39,590 nucleotides of DNA from a virus: the IMG/VR virus record IMGVR_UViG_3300045988_011202, positions 1 through 39,590 of that record; one strand, given 5' to 3'. This document shows positions 23,405 to 30,968 of the stretch, one piece after another. The notes beneath the pieces are model-generated. The model was not told the origin of the DNA. It made no database searches and saw only the letters and a program-made list of their open reading frames with translations. Numbering within the stretch: position 1 is the stretch's first letter; each line of letters begins with the position of its first letter. The position numbers and the translations under genes were made by a program.

Positions 23405-24746
23405 CGCCGTTCACCTCCGGCGCATCCGGTTCCGCAAAGCTCCGGTCAATCTCTTCTGCAGCCTTCCGCTTTGCCATGTCCTCGTACTGGTCAATGTCGC
23501 CGTTGATGGTCAGCAGCTTCTTCGTGATGTATTCGTCATCGTAATACGCCGCACCCAGAAGAATGTTCTGCGTTTCCTCGCTCTTGTTGATGATCTGATT
23601 GCGCGTGTAGCTTGGCTGATCCTCAATGCCTGCCAAACGCAAAATTTCCACAATAAACCGCGTGACCTCGGATTCAAACTTGTCCGTTTTCAGATCCAGC
23701 GGCACATAGCTGGCCTTGATCGCGGTCGCCGTCTGGTTCCCGGCAGATACCGCCGCAGCGTCAAAGCACTGAAAATCCTCGTATAGCTTCTTCTTGAGCA
23801 TATCAATGGTGCTGCTCGTGCCCTCATACGGGGCCTCGATGGTCTTGCTCTCCACCTTTGCGCCATCATCGCCGTTGGCGTGGGCAACATGCGTGGTTTT
23901 CAAGCGCTCCACAAACTTTGCATCGTCGAGGTCGTCCATGCCGTTGCAGTTAGACAGCACCCAATAAATCAGGTTGCCCTCATCCACATTGTTAACCATG
24001 TTCGAGGACGCCAGATCCAGCGCGTCAATGGTGTTGCGCTTGCCGACGATTTCGGAGAGACACCGCTTATTGTTTTTCAGCGGCACGATTGGGAAACTCG
24101 GATAATTCCCGCCGTCGTAAATCTCTGTTTCGCCGACTTCCGCCTTGCGCTCGATCAGCTTATAGCTGCGCTTTGGCTGCATGACGGTCATATCCTCGCC
24201 GCTGGGCTGGAAATACTCGGTAAATCCGTCGATCTCATACAGCGTCGCTCTAAGCGGCTTATCCTGTGCCACCTGCCAGAACCGGATACCAGCTTTCATT
24301 GCACCGTCTTCCTCATCGTAGAGAGGGACAAACTCAAGCAAGGAGAACACCCGCAAATGCGTCAGATCCCAGAAGCCGAAAGACACGCCTGCGATTTTCG
24401 CCTCACGCGCCGCATCCATGACTTCCTGGTCAAAGTCCGGGCATAGCTTGTTTGGTGTTTCCTTCTCCGCGAAGGTCACGCCGTTGCCCAGAAGATACGA
24501 TACCTCCTGATCCACCGCCAGACCGAAGAATCGGCTGGCCAGCTTGTGGTTTGCCGTCCACATATCCGCGTGGGCGCGGCCCTGCATATCATAGATGATC
24601 TTTTCATAGCGGTTGATTGTCGGATTCAGCCCGTTGTAATATTCCTCAGCATCCGCCGCCGTCTTATATGCGTGGGATTCACGGTGCTCGTTGATCGCGC
24701 TGCGGATAAACTCCATCCGCGCCTTTTCGTCCTCGCCCACCGCCAC
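23391..24746 (-). CDS. portal protein (SPP1 gp6 family)
   Basis: 451 aa between TerL and MuF, with a typical N-terminal region and an acidic C-terminus. Confidence 0.9.
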   Translation of the reverse strand: MAVGEDEKARMEFIRSAINEHRESHAYKTAADAEEYYNGLNPTINRYEKIIYDMQGRAHADMWTANHKLASRFFGLAVDQEVSYLLGNGVTFAEKETPNKLCPDFDQEVMDAAREAKIAGVSFGFWDLTHLRVFSLLEFVPLYDEEDGAMKAGIRFWQVAQDKPLRATLYEIDGFTEYFQPSGEDMTVMQPKRSYKLIERKAEVGETEIYDGGNYPSFPIVPLKNNKRCLSEIVGKRNTIDALDLASSNMVNNVDEGNLIYWVLSNCNGMDDLDDAKFVERLKTTHVAHANGDDGAKVESKTIEAPYEGTSSTIDMLKKKLYEDFQCFDAAAVSAGNQTATAIKASYVPLDLKTDKFESEVTRFIVEILRLAGIEDQPSYTRNQIINKSEETQNILLGAAYYDDEYITKKLLTINGDIDQYEDMAKRKAAEEIDRSFAEPDAPEVNGDGEQ

Positions 24747-24762
24747 AAGGTCATTATATGTC

Positions 24763-26046
24763 TTAATCTCCGCTCACCCCTTGTCTCAGAATGGAAACAT
24801 AATCAGAGCTGTCGCGTTTGTTCCACAACCGCTTTACGATGCTGGCCGCGCTGTCCGGCGCGTCATCATGCTCCACGTTCTCGTTGTAATCGCAAATCTG
24901 GTCGATATACGCATCATCCGTCCCGGCCACAAAAACCACATTGCGCCATTCCGCCTTGAGATAGCTTGTGATTTTAAGGGATTTGTTCATGCTTTCGTGA
25001 TAGGTAACGGCCCGTTCCCCCTTCGCGCGCAACGCCTTTGCCAGATAGCCCTTGTCGGCGTTGGTCTCGCAGTAAATCACCCCAGCATTGAAAGACTTCC
25101 GAAGCCGGATGATCTCATCCATGCAATCGTCCACATGCTTGTGCCAAAGCCGCCCATAGAGGTAATATGTCGTTCCCTTCTTCCGGGCGACCGTAAACGC
25201 CGTGTAGTCATCGCCGCCGTATGCCGCGTCGATATGGCAAATGCCCTGCTCTGCAAGGCAAGGCTCCGCGCCCATTTGCGGCGTGTCAAAGATCACATCA
25301 TCACTGGCAATGTGCCGCAGCTCGTAGTTTGCTGCAAACAGGGATGACGTCATAGACGATTTAATGGTTTGCAACTCATCCCCGGAGATCAACCCAGTTG
25401 AATAGCAATCGTACTTTTCGATATTCGGCATCATGGAAAACGCGTCTTCCTTGTGCCAGGGCGTTCCGGTGTTAAAAATGCGCCCGCCACGATTGCGGAT
25501 ATTCTGTAACTCCTGATAGATCGTTTTTGTATGGTCTCGCTCTGCGCGGGAAATGCGATCCTGCACGTTTACAATATCGTCCGTAAATATGCGGTCAAAA
25601 TGCTTGCCGGTCAAGGACCCGTTCACGCCGCACGCCACAAGCTGGCTCGTGCCCTTGTTGTCCGCTGCCAGATTCGTGGAAATCTCCGTCGCGGATACCG
25701 TTGTCAGGATCAGCGGTTTTCCGTGGATCTTCTCGCACAGCGCCTCCATGTATGGCGATAGCAGCAGATTCCGCACCTGCCGCACAACCTCTTTCACGTC
25801 CGCATCCGTTTTTCGCATAAACAACGTTTTGAGATTCGGCAGAAGAACGATGATCTCCGCCAGCGCAATCGAAACGCACGTTGTTTTATAGCTTCCACGG
25901 TGCGCCTGCAAGGTTTTGTCCTCACGCCCGCGCACCATATCCTGTATCCATGCGTTGTGCAGCGCGCCCAGCTTATCAAACCCAACGGCATGGCCGAACG
26001 CAATGGGATTATGTATCAGCAGTTCCGCCGCTTGTATCCGCGTCAT
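24763..26046 (-). CDS. terL: terminase large subunit
   Basis: 427 aa. It has a Walker-A-like HRGSYKTT, an ATPase region and a nuclease half (IDAAYGGDDYTAF). Confidence 0.92.
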   Translation of the reverse strand: MTRIQAAELLIHNPIAFGHAVGFDKLGALHNAWIQDMVRGREDKTLQAHRGSYKTTCVSIALAEIIVLLPNLKTLFMRKTDADVKEVVRQVRNLLLSPYMEALCEKIHGKPLILTTVSATEISTNLAADNKGTSQLVACGVNGSLTGKHFDRIFTDDIVNVQDRISRAERDHTKTIYQELQNIRNRGGRIFNTGTPWHKEDAFSMMPNIEKYDCYSTGLISGDELQTIKSSMTSSLFAANYELRHIASDDVIFDTPQMGAEPCLAEQGICHIDAAYGGDDYTAFTVARKKGTTYYLYGRLWHKHVDDCMDEIIRLRKSFNAGVIYCETNADKGYLAKALRAKGERAVTYHESMNKSLKITSYLKAEWRNVVFVAGTDDAYIDQICDYNENVEHDDAPDSAASIVKRLWNKRDSSDYVSILRQGVSGD

Positions 26047-26389
26047 TCTGCATCACCATCTTCTCCAACTCGTCCAATGCAATGCCCTTCGCGTCCGTAA
26101 CCGCCACGTCCACGCTGTCACGCTGCCCCAAAAACTGTTTGCCGAGGAAGATCGCCATTGTAGCGTTCTTTTCAGCCAATCGCCACTGGCTCCGACGCAG
26201 TGAAATTTTCCCCGCGCCGCGCTTTTGTCTAAATACCTCGGAAAAACTGGCATGATAGGTGCGTTTACACCAACTATCCAATGTTTTATCGGTCACATCA
26301 AACCAGCCGCAGATTTCCTCAAGCGTGCATTGCAGGCCGCAGAGGTTCTCGAACTGCTTCTGATCTATTTCCTTTCTTGGCCTTGCCAT
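26009..26389 (-). CDS. terS: terminase small subunit
   Basis: The start MARPRKEIDQKQFENLCGLQCTLEEICGWFDV lies 5 nt after AGGAGGG. The HTH N-terminus is typical. Confidence 0.8.
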   Translation of the reverse strand: MARPRKEIDQKQFENLCGLQCTLEEICGWFDVTDKTLDSWCKRTYHASFSEVFRQKRGAGKISLRRSQWRLAEKNATMAIFLGKQFLGQRDSVDVAVTDAKGIALDELEKMVMQNDADTSGGTADT

Positions 26390-26495
26390 ACGCACCCTCC
26401 TTTCTCCGCTGGCGTTTAATAAACTTCTCCATGTCCCTCTTTAGGTGCGGGCTGCTTGTATTTTCGATGATTGCCCGCGCTTCTTCAATCGTCAT
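26319..26495 (-). CDS. possible small ORF overlapping the terS start (doubtful)
   Basis: MTIEEARAIIENTSSPHLKRDMEKFIKRQRRKEG looks protein-like, but the last ~25 codons overlap terS out of frame. Confidence 0.25.
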   Translation of the reverse strand: MTIEEARAIIENTSSPHLKRDMEKFIKRQRRKEGAYGKAKKGNRSEAVREPLRPAMHA

Positions 26496-27720
26496 GCCCA
26501 AGTCCTGCCACGATTTTCTTTTCTCTGTCGGAAAGTTCCCACACGTTTGTATCACGCACTCTTACTTTCTCGGCGGCGGCTTTCTCGGCGGCGGCTTTCT
26601 CGGCGGCGGCTTTCTTTGAAAGCAAATAGCCGCTTCCGAATAGTGCTCTCCCGCTTTCCTTCTGCGCATCAAGACCACGAATGAAATGCACATCATCTGC
26701 ACAAATTTCAAGTGATACGCCATGCGCCGCCATGTAGCAAAGCATTGTTGCCGTTAATACTTCGTCCGGATATTCATATTTTGGGAGCGTTTTATGCTGT
26801 TTTGCAAGATTTTCTTTATTCGCTTCGTCTATCTGCTCTCTCAAATCAGATGCGGCAATAATTTTTTTGCTTCCTAAGTTCGTCACAAACGATGTGTTTA
26901 CGCTTGCACCGTTTTCATAAACCACACCGCTACCGCAAGCAACGTAGTTTGCCTTACCTCGCATGATTCCGAGCAACGTCAAAGTCGGCGCAAAAAGAAA
27001 ATATGCAATGCCGTTTTCTGTATACCACTCACAGATCTCAGAAATAATAGAAAATGGAGGATTGTCAATAACAACGCACCCTTTTGGATAGTTTTCTTTT
27101 TTGTAATTTCCTCCGGGATAAAAAGGGCGAACAACAGGTGGATTACCAAGTTTATATTTTTTCAGGCTCCACCGCTTGGCTACATTGTAAATATTTTCTG
27201 GTGTGTAGCAATCGTCCGTTGTTTTCTTCGCCTCGAACTTTTCAAGGAAAGCTTGGTAGTCCTCGTCATCGTCTGAAAGCTCTCCACGCTCCATCCTTTC
27301 CCGGAACTCCTGCTCTCTTTGCTCGTTGGTCATTTCTTCAATTTCGGATTCGTCCAGCTCCGGAAAAGAAAAGTCAAAATCAAACGCCGACAGGTCAAGC
27401 CCAGGCAGTTCCACCGCCAGCAGGTCAAAGTCCCAGTCGCTCTCGTTGCTCTTGTTATCCACCAGACGTAGGGCGTTCACCTGCTCCGGTGTCAGATCGT
27501 CCACGCAGACGCAAGGCACTTCTTCCATGCCCAGCTTCTTTGCCGCCATAGCACGGCAGTGGCCGATTACAATCACACCGTCACGGTCAATCACAATCGG
27601 CTGCACAAAGCCGTATTGCTTGATGCTCTCCGCAACATTGTTGATTTGCCGTTTATCATGCTTTTTTGCGTTGCCGGCATACGGCACAATATCCGCAAGC
27701 CGCCGTTTTGTGATTTTCAT
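26485..27720 (-). CDS. ParB-like nuclease domain fused to an N6-adenine-type DNA methyltransferase
   Basis: The start MKITKRRLADIVPYAGNAKKHD follows AGGAGGAAA. The ParB-N motif is GFVQPIVIDRDGVIVIGHCR. The methyltransferase motifs are DDCYTP and VVIDNPPFS. Confidence 0.85.
   Translation of the reverse strand: MKITKRRLADIVPYAGNAKKHDKRQINNVAESIKQYGFVQPIVIDRDGVIVIGHCRAMAAKKLGMEEVPCVCVDDLTPEQVNALRLVDNKSNESDWDFDLLAVELPGLDLSAFDFDFSFPELDESEIEEMTNEQREQEFRERMERGELSDDDEDYQAFLEKFEAKKTTDDCYTPENIYNVAKRWSLKKYKLGNPPVVRPFYPGGNYKKENYPKGCVVIDNPPFSIISEICEWYTENGIAYFLFAPTLTLLGIMRGKANYVACGSGVVYENGASVNTSFVTNLGSKKIIAASDLREQIDEANKENLAKQHKTLPKYEYPDEVLTATMLCYMAAHGVSLEICADDVHFIRGLDAQKESGRALFGSGYLLSKKAAAEKAAAEKAAAEKVRVRDTNVWELSDREKKIVAGLGHDD
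26565..26615 (-). repeat. 15-nt tandem repeat x3.4 inside the ParB-methyltransferase gene (encodes KAAAE x3)
   Basis: ctttctcggcggcgg is repeated head to tail. Confidence 0.9.
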
Positions 27721-27840
27721 GCTTTCCTCCTGTTTTGCTACCAGCCCCCACCCCTTGGCTACAGTAACAGTCTTTACCCTCCCATGCGGCCTTCTGGAAG
27801 CTCTCAAACATGGGCTACACACTATTTTTGATATTTTCTA

Positions 27841-27869
27841 TTGACAGAATGCATCGGATAGTATATGAT
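27841..27869 (+). promoter_or_regulatory. near-consensus sigma70 promoter driving a small non-coding transcript
   Basis: TTGACA (27841-27846), 17 nt, TATGAT (27864-27869). Confidence 0.65.
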
Positions 27870-27875
27870 TGACTT

Positions 27876-27987
27876 GCCCGATGCAGGAGGCGCTTGCATC
27901 GGTGGGAAATTCGATCCTATTTCCCGTGGATTGAAATGCTAAAAACAGTATGCTGGGGAAAAAGAGCGGAGCTTCCGCTCTTTTTTC
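27876..27987 (+). ncRNA. candidate ~110-nt small RNA (promoter, two hairpins, intrinsic terminator)
   Basis: Hairpins are CCGATGCA/TGCATCGG (27878-27902) and GGGAAAT/ATTTCCC (27904-27925). The terminator is GAGCGGA-GCT-TCCGCTC followed by TTTTTT. No plausible ORF or RBS-start pair lies inside. Confidence 0.5.
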
Positions 27988-27988
27988 T
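27959..27988. terminator. bidirectional rho-independent terminator
   Basis: AAAAA-GAGCGGAGCTTCCGCTC-TTTTTT. The A-run and T-run flank the stem, so it can stop both the + strand sRNA and the minus-strand structured RNA. Confidence 0.7.
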
Positions 27989-28345
27989 TTTTATTGTGCG
28001 GCATTGCAGTCCTGCCCTGCTTTAGCGCTTCAGGGAAAGTCCCCGTCACTCGCTGTGGTCTACCCTTACGGGGCACCTATGCCGCGTGTGGGGCATACGC
28101 CCCAAGAAAGCCCCTTGCGGGTGAAAACGATTCAACGTTTTCATCTGGCACCGCATATTGGTCGTCTTCCCGCTTAGATTGTCACACGCTACCGACAACT
28201 ACGCTCCGAAAAGTCGTAGCCCCTATTCCGTCAGGTCAAACCGGTCTTGACGCATCAAGACAAGCGCAGTTTTCAGCGAGCATTGTCATTTCCATGTGAG
28301 CCATGACGACAACGGTCTCACATTGTCCGGGCGCTACCCGGCCAC

Positions 28346-28422
28346 TGGCAGGGACGGTTGGGAATCGAACCCACCCAAGCGGTTTTGGAGACCGCCTCGC
28401 CAGCCTTGGAACATTCGCCCCT
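28346..28422 (-). tRNA. tRNA-Trp(CCA)-like element, 77 nt, with a degenerate D-arm and an irregular T-arm
   Basis: Acceptor is AGGGGCG/CGTCCCT (one G-U) followed by G-CCA. The anticodon arm GCGGT-CUCCAAA-ACCGC is perfect. The T-loop is TTCGATT, but one extra nt lies between the T-stem and the acceptor. The D region AATGTTCCAAGGCTGGCGAG forms only about 3 bp. Confidence 0.55.
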
Positions 28423-28605
28423 ATATCCCGCGTTTGCGGATTCGTCACGGAGCCTCCTCCGCGTTCTAAGTAACGCTCGATTCAACGCGGGCAAATCGAA
28501 CGGCCCTTCGCGGAGCCACGCCCTGCTGACGGGACAAATCTGGACGCATCCTGCCGGTAATGGCTTCCCGGCTTTGAGCCCCTGTACGCTGTCAGCTTTG
28601 GGTCT

Positions 28606-28698
28606 TGGTGCAGACGGCTGGACTCGAACCAGCGACCAATGGCATTCAATCGCATATCCATTTGCGCGATAAAGCTCTACCGACTGAGCTACGCCTGC
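28606..28698 (-). tRNA. 93-nt tRNA-like element: canonical acceptor, D-arm and T-arm, but no canonical anticodon arm
   Basis: GCAGGCG-TA-GCTC-AGTCGGTA-GAGC ... GCTGG-TTCGAGT-CCAGC-CGTCTGC-A-CCA. Between the D and T arms there are 40 nt instead of about 23. Two mutually exclusive helices form there: ATCGC/GCGAT and AATGG/CCATT. Confidence 0.5.
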
Positions 28699-28869
28699 AT
28701 ATAACAACAGCCCATAGGTTCCCCTACAGGCTGTTTGTGCCGGTATGACCTTTCGGTGCCAGAAGGTGCGCCCAATACCGGCGGCGCATAGAAGGGAGGA
28801 AAAGTGATGATTGGGAAAACGCGTGGATGCCACTGTCCTATCATCCACTGTACCTATTGTAGCACATCA

Positions 28870-29334
28870 TTAAGTGGAATCTGTATCACCTTTCACGAGT
28901 AACCCTGCATATTTCGCTACATCATGCAGGAATCTTTCCTTCCGGCGGCTGAATGTTGCCTCGCTAATCCCGGGAATCACGATCCGATTACGGGCATACT
29001 TGTGCTTACCTTGGCAGTTGCGCATAATGCCATATATTAGCTGCCGCCGGATTGTATCGCTTCCGATATCTCTGCCGCAACGGTCTATAGCGTATTCCAC
29101 CGCCAGCATCTTCTGCGTCTCCGGACATCGCTCTATGGCGGCCAGCTGCTCCGCCTTACTCTCGGCGGGCCTACCAGCGCCCGATCCAGTTGGCATGCCC
29201 TCTGTGGCGCTATGCGTCACGCCCAGAATCTCCGCCCGGGCCTCGCGATACGCCCGCACCCGGCGCGGATACCCACGCACATAAGCAATGCACTCCAACC
29301 GCACGTCATAAGGCAGCGTTGCCTTTTTGCTCAT
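28870..29334 (-). CDS. putative late-gene transcriptional activator (RinA/ArpU-like, sigma-r4-like HTH)
   Basis: 154 aa, the last protein gene before the packaging module. The C-terminus GISEATFSRRKERFLHDVAKYAG is HTH-like. Confidence 0.5.
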   Translation of the reverse strand: MSKKATLPYDVRLECIAYVRGYPRRVRAYREARAEILGVTHSATEGMPTGSGAGRPAESKAEQLAAIERCPETQKMLAVEYAIDRCGRDIGSDTIRRQLIYGIMRNCQGKHKYARNRIVIPGISEATFSRRKERFLHDVAKYAGLLVKGDTDST

Positions 29335-29638
29335 TTTCCCTCCTTTTCTCCGCGCTGTTTACCATCTTATATTCGCCCCGCAGGGCCTTTTCGATGTCAG
29401 CCATCTTGATATAGCCGTTGTTCTTGGCTTCCACCAGCTCCACAAGGCACTGCTGTAAGTATTCCAGGCTGCGGGTGTCGTGCTCGTCCGCCGTCTGCTC
29501 CCGCACATGGAATCCGCACTTGTCCAGCAGCACGCAGGAAACATTGTCCATGCATTGTTTGGTGCCATCCAGCCGCCCCAGCTCGTATGCCTTGGCCGGA
29601 TTATTTGGCACCGGTCTGCCGTTTGCCCTTTTGAGCAT
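29306..29638 (-). CDS. hypothetical protein (110 aa)
   Basis: Start MLKRANGRPVPNNPAKAY after a GGGGTGA-like RBS. Confidence 0.6.
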   Translation of the reverse strand: MLKRANGRPVPNNPAKAYELGRLDGTKQCMDNVSCVLLDKCGFHVREQTADEHDTRSLEYLQQCLVELVEAKNNGYIKMADIEKALRGEYKMVNSAEKRRENEQKGNAAL

Positions 29639-29765
29639 CGCTATCACCCCTTTCCTCGTATATGCATACGCCCGGTGTATTTGCCACTGGGCAATAATCC
29701 GCACACGCCGGGCAATCTGCGTTTACGCAAACCTCGTCTTGCATCCACTTGCATTCATCAATCAT
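29601..29765 (-). CDS. Cys-rich mini-protein with a ferredoxin-like CX4CX2CX3CP motif (54 aa)
   Basis: MIDECKWMQDEVCVNADCPACADYCPVANTPGVCIYEE. Confidence 0.45.
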   Translation of the reverse strand: MIDECKWMQDEVCVNADCPACADYCPVANTPGVCIYEERGDSDAQKGKRQTGAK

Positions 29766-29868
29766 CGCCGTCGCCGTCCTCCTCCAGATATTCGCACCAC
29801 GGAAAACACACCACATCTGATAATAATGCGGGACATTCCAGCTCGTTAGGGCAAGTGCAAATTAACAT
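29758..29868 (-). CDS. possible 36-aa Cys-rich mini-protein
   Basis: MLICTCPNELECPALLSDVVCFPWCEYLEEDGDGDD. The start overlaps the upstream stop (ATGTTAA) and follows AAGGAAGG. Confidence 0.35.
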   Translation of the reverse strand: MLICTCPNELECPALLSDVVCFPWCEYLEEDGDGDD

Positions 29869-30164
29869 TCCGCACCTTCCTTCCGTTCGCCGTTTGCGCA
29901 AAAGAAGTCCTCGCGGAGGATGCAACCTGAACATGTCCCGTATTTGCACACCAATCTCCCGTATAACTTGCGTGTGTAGATGCAGTCCTTACACCGCACC
30001 ACCAGCACAGCGTCAACGGTGGGCGTATCGGCTATGAGCCTCTGGATTTTGCTGTGTGCAGCAAAGTTTACAAGCCATTTCAAATCGTCTGTAATCTGCA
30101 CCTGTGCAGACATATAGGCCTCGTATTCGTCCACAGCCATTTGATCAGCGTCAATCAGCCGCAT
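29862..30164 (-). CDS. hypothetical protein with a C-terminal Cys cluster (100 aa)
   Basis: Start MRLIDADQMAVDEYEAY after GGAGGTG. The C-terminus is VVRCKDCIYTRK...CKYGTCSGCILREDFFCANGE. Confidence 0.65.
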   Translation of the reverse strand: MRLIDADQMAVDEYEAYMSAQVQITDDLKWLVNFAAHSKIQRLIADTPTVDAVLVVRCKDCIYTRKLYGRLVCKYGTCSGCILREDFFCANGERKEGAEC

Positions 30165-30468
30165 CGCTGTCACCTCCGTCCATTTTCGCCCCGCAGTTGG
30201 GGCAGTAGGCGAATTGCGTCTCCGCGCCAGATGCCAGCCCGCCACAGGCGCTACAGCGCCACCAGTCTACACCGCCAGCAAACCTCGGCCCGTCATGTAC
30301 AAAGTGCCCATGCACCACCGGGGCCACATCGGCGGCGGGGAACTTTAACGCAATTCTCCTCGCAGATATAATCCCATTGCTCCAACCCTTCCCGTAATCG
30401 TCAAGAAATTCCGCTGTGCGACTTTTGAGGTAGGCGCAATACGCTTCCCGCTCAATGTATTCAGCCAT
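30151..30468 (-). CDS. hypothetical protein with a C-terminal zinc ribbon (105 aa)
   Basis: Start MAEYIEREAYCAYL after GGAGGG. The C-terminus is WWRCSACGG...AYCPNCGAKM. Confidence 0.65.
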   Translation of the reverse strand: MAEYIEREAYCAYLKSRTAEFLDDYGKGWSNGIISARRIALKFPAADVAPVVHGHFVHDGPRFAGGVDWWRCSACGGLASGAETQFAYCPNCGAKMDGGDSDAAD

Positions 30469-30470
30469 TG

Positions 30471-30968
30471 TCAGCCCTCCAATTTCATGAAGCAGCCCCA
30501 AAAGGTCTGCGATTTCTTCCCGCTGTGATGACCAAATAAAGGTCGCTGTCCTATCGCTTTCCAAACTTCGGCGGCAGGGATCTGTGTTCCCGCCCATTTG
30601 AAAATCAATACGCCATCGGGTTTAAGTACACGCATACACTCTTTGAAACCGTCTTGGAGCATTTTTGGCCAGTTATTGTCGAGTCGGCCATACTTTTTAG
30701 CCAACCATGCGTTCTCTCCAACCCGACGAAGATGGGGCGGATCCCAGACAACAAGAGCAAACGAATTGGCATCAAACGGAAGATCCGTAAAATCGCATTG
30801 AATATCGGGGGCAATAATGCAAGATCTCTCGGACTGGCCGTTTCCCGATTTCCAAACAGCATACAGTTCTTCAACTCGTTTGTCTGCATAAATTGCGGCG
30901 GGGTGATTTTTATTGAACCATATTGTTCTGGATCCGCAGGTCACATCAAGAATCTTCTTTTCGCACAT
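30471..30968 (-). CDS. small SAM-dependent DNA methyltransferase (N6A/N4C type, DPPH motif)
   Basis: 165 aa. Motif I-like ILDVTCGSRT and motif IV VVWDPPH. Confidence 0.8.
   Translation of the reverse strand: MCEKKILDVTCGSRTIWFNKNHPAAIYADKRVEELYAVWKSGNGQSERSCIIAPDIQCDFTDLPFDANSFALVVWDPPHLRRVGENAWLAKKYGRLDNNWPKMLQDGFKECMRVLKPDGVLIFKWAGTQIPAAEVWKAIGQRPLFGHHSGKKSQTFWGCFMKLEG

Larger units (their letters stand above)
27990..28860 (-). ncRNA. large ORF-free structured RNA locus (candidate ornate RNA, GOLLD/ROOL-like or new) with embedded tRNA-like modules
   Basis: There is no credible ORF in about 0.87 kb. On the minus-sense strand there are many G+C helices with GNRA loops: GGAA 28715-28726, GAAA 28748-28757, GCAA 28111-28121 and GUAA 28063-28073. 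There are also longer stems at 28739-28782, 28244-28261, 28199-28219 and 28123-28142. Confidence 0.55.

Noticed and set aside
28423-28605. A third tRNA or a tmRNA between the two tRNA-like modules (GGGCCGTTCGATTTGCCC looks T-arm-like; GGATTCGTC on the + strand recalls the tmRNA 5' region)
   Set aside because: I could not build an acceptor stem, D-arm or anticodon arm, or a tag-peptide reading frame. The T-like hairpin has only 4 bp. I treat the stretch as part of the larger structured RNA.
28318-28848. 176-aa minus-strand ORF and other ORFs (27950..28177, 27994..28299, 28358..28672) across the RNA locus
   Set aside because: They read straight through the tRNA-like sequences (GVAQSVELYRANG is a translated D-arm). 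They lack an RBS and have no protein-like features, so the region is better explained as structured RNA.
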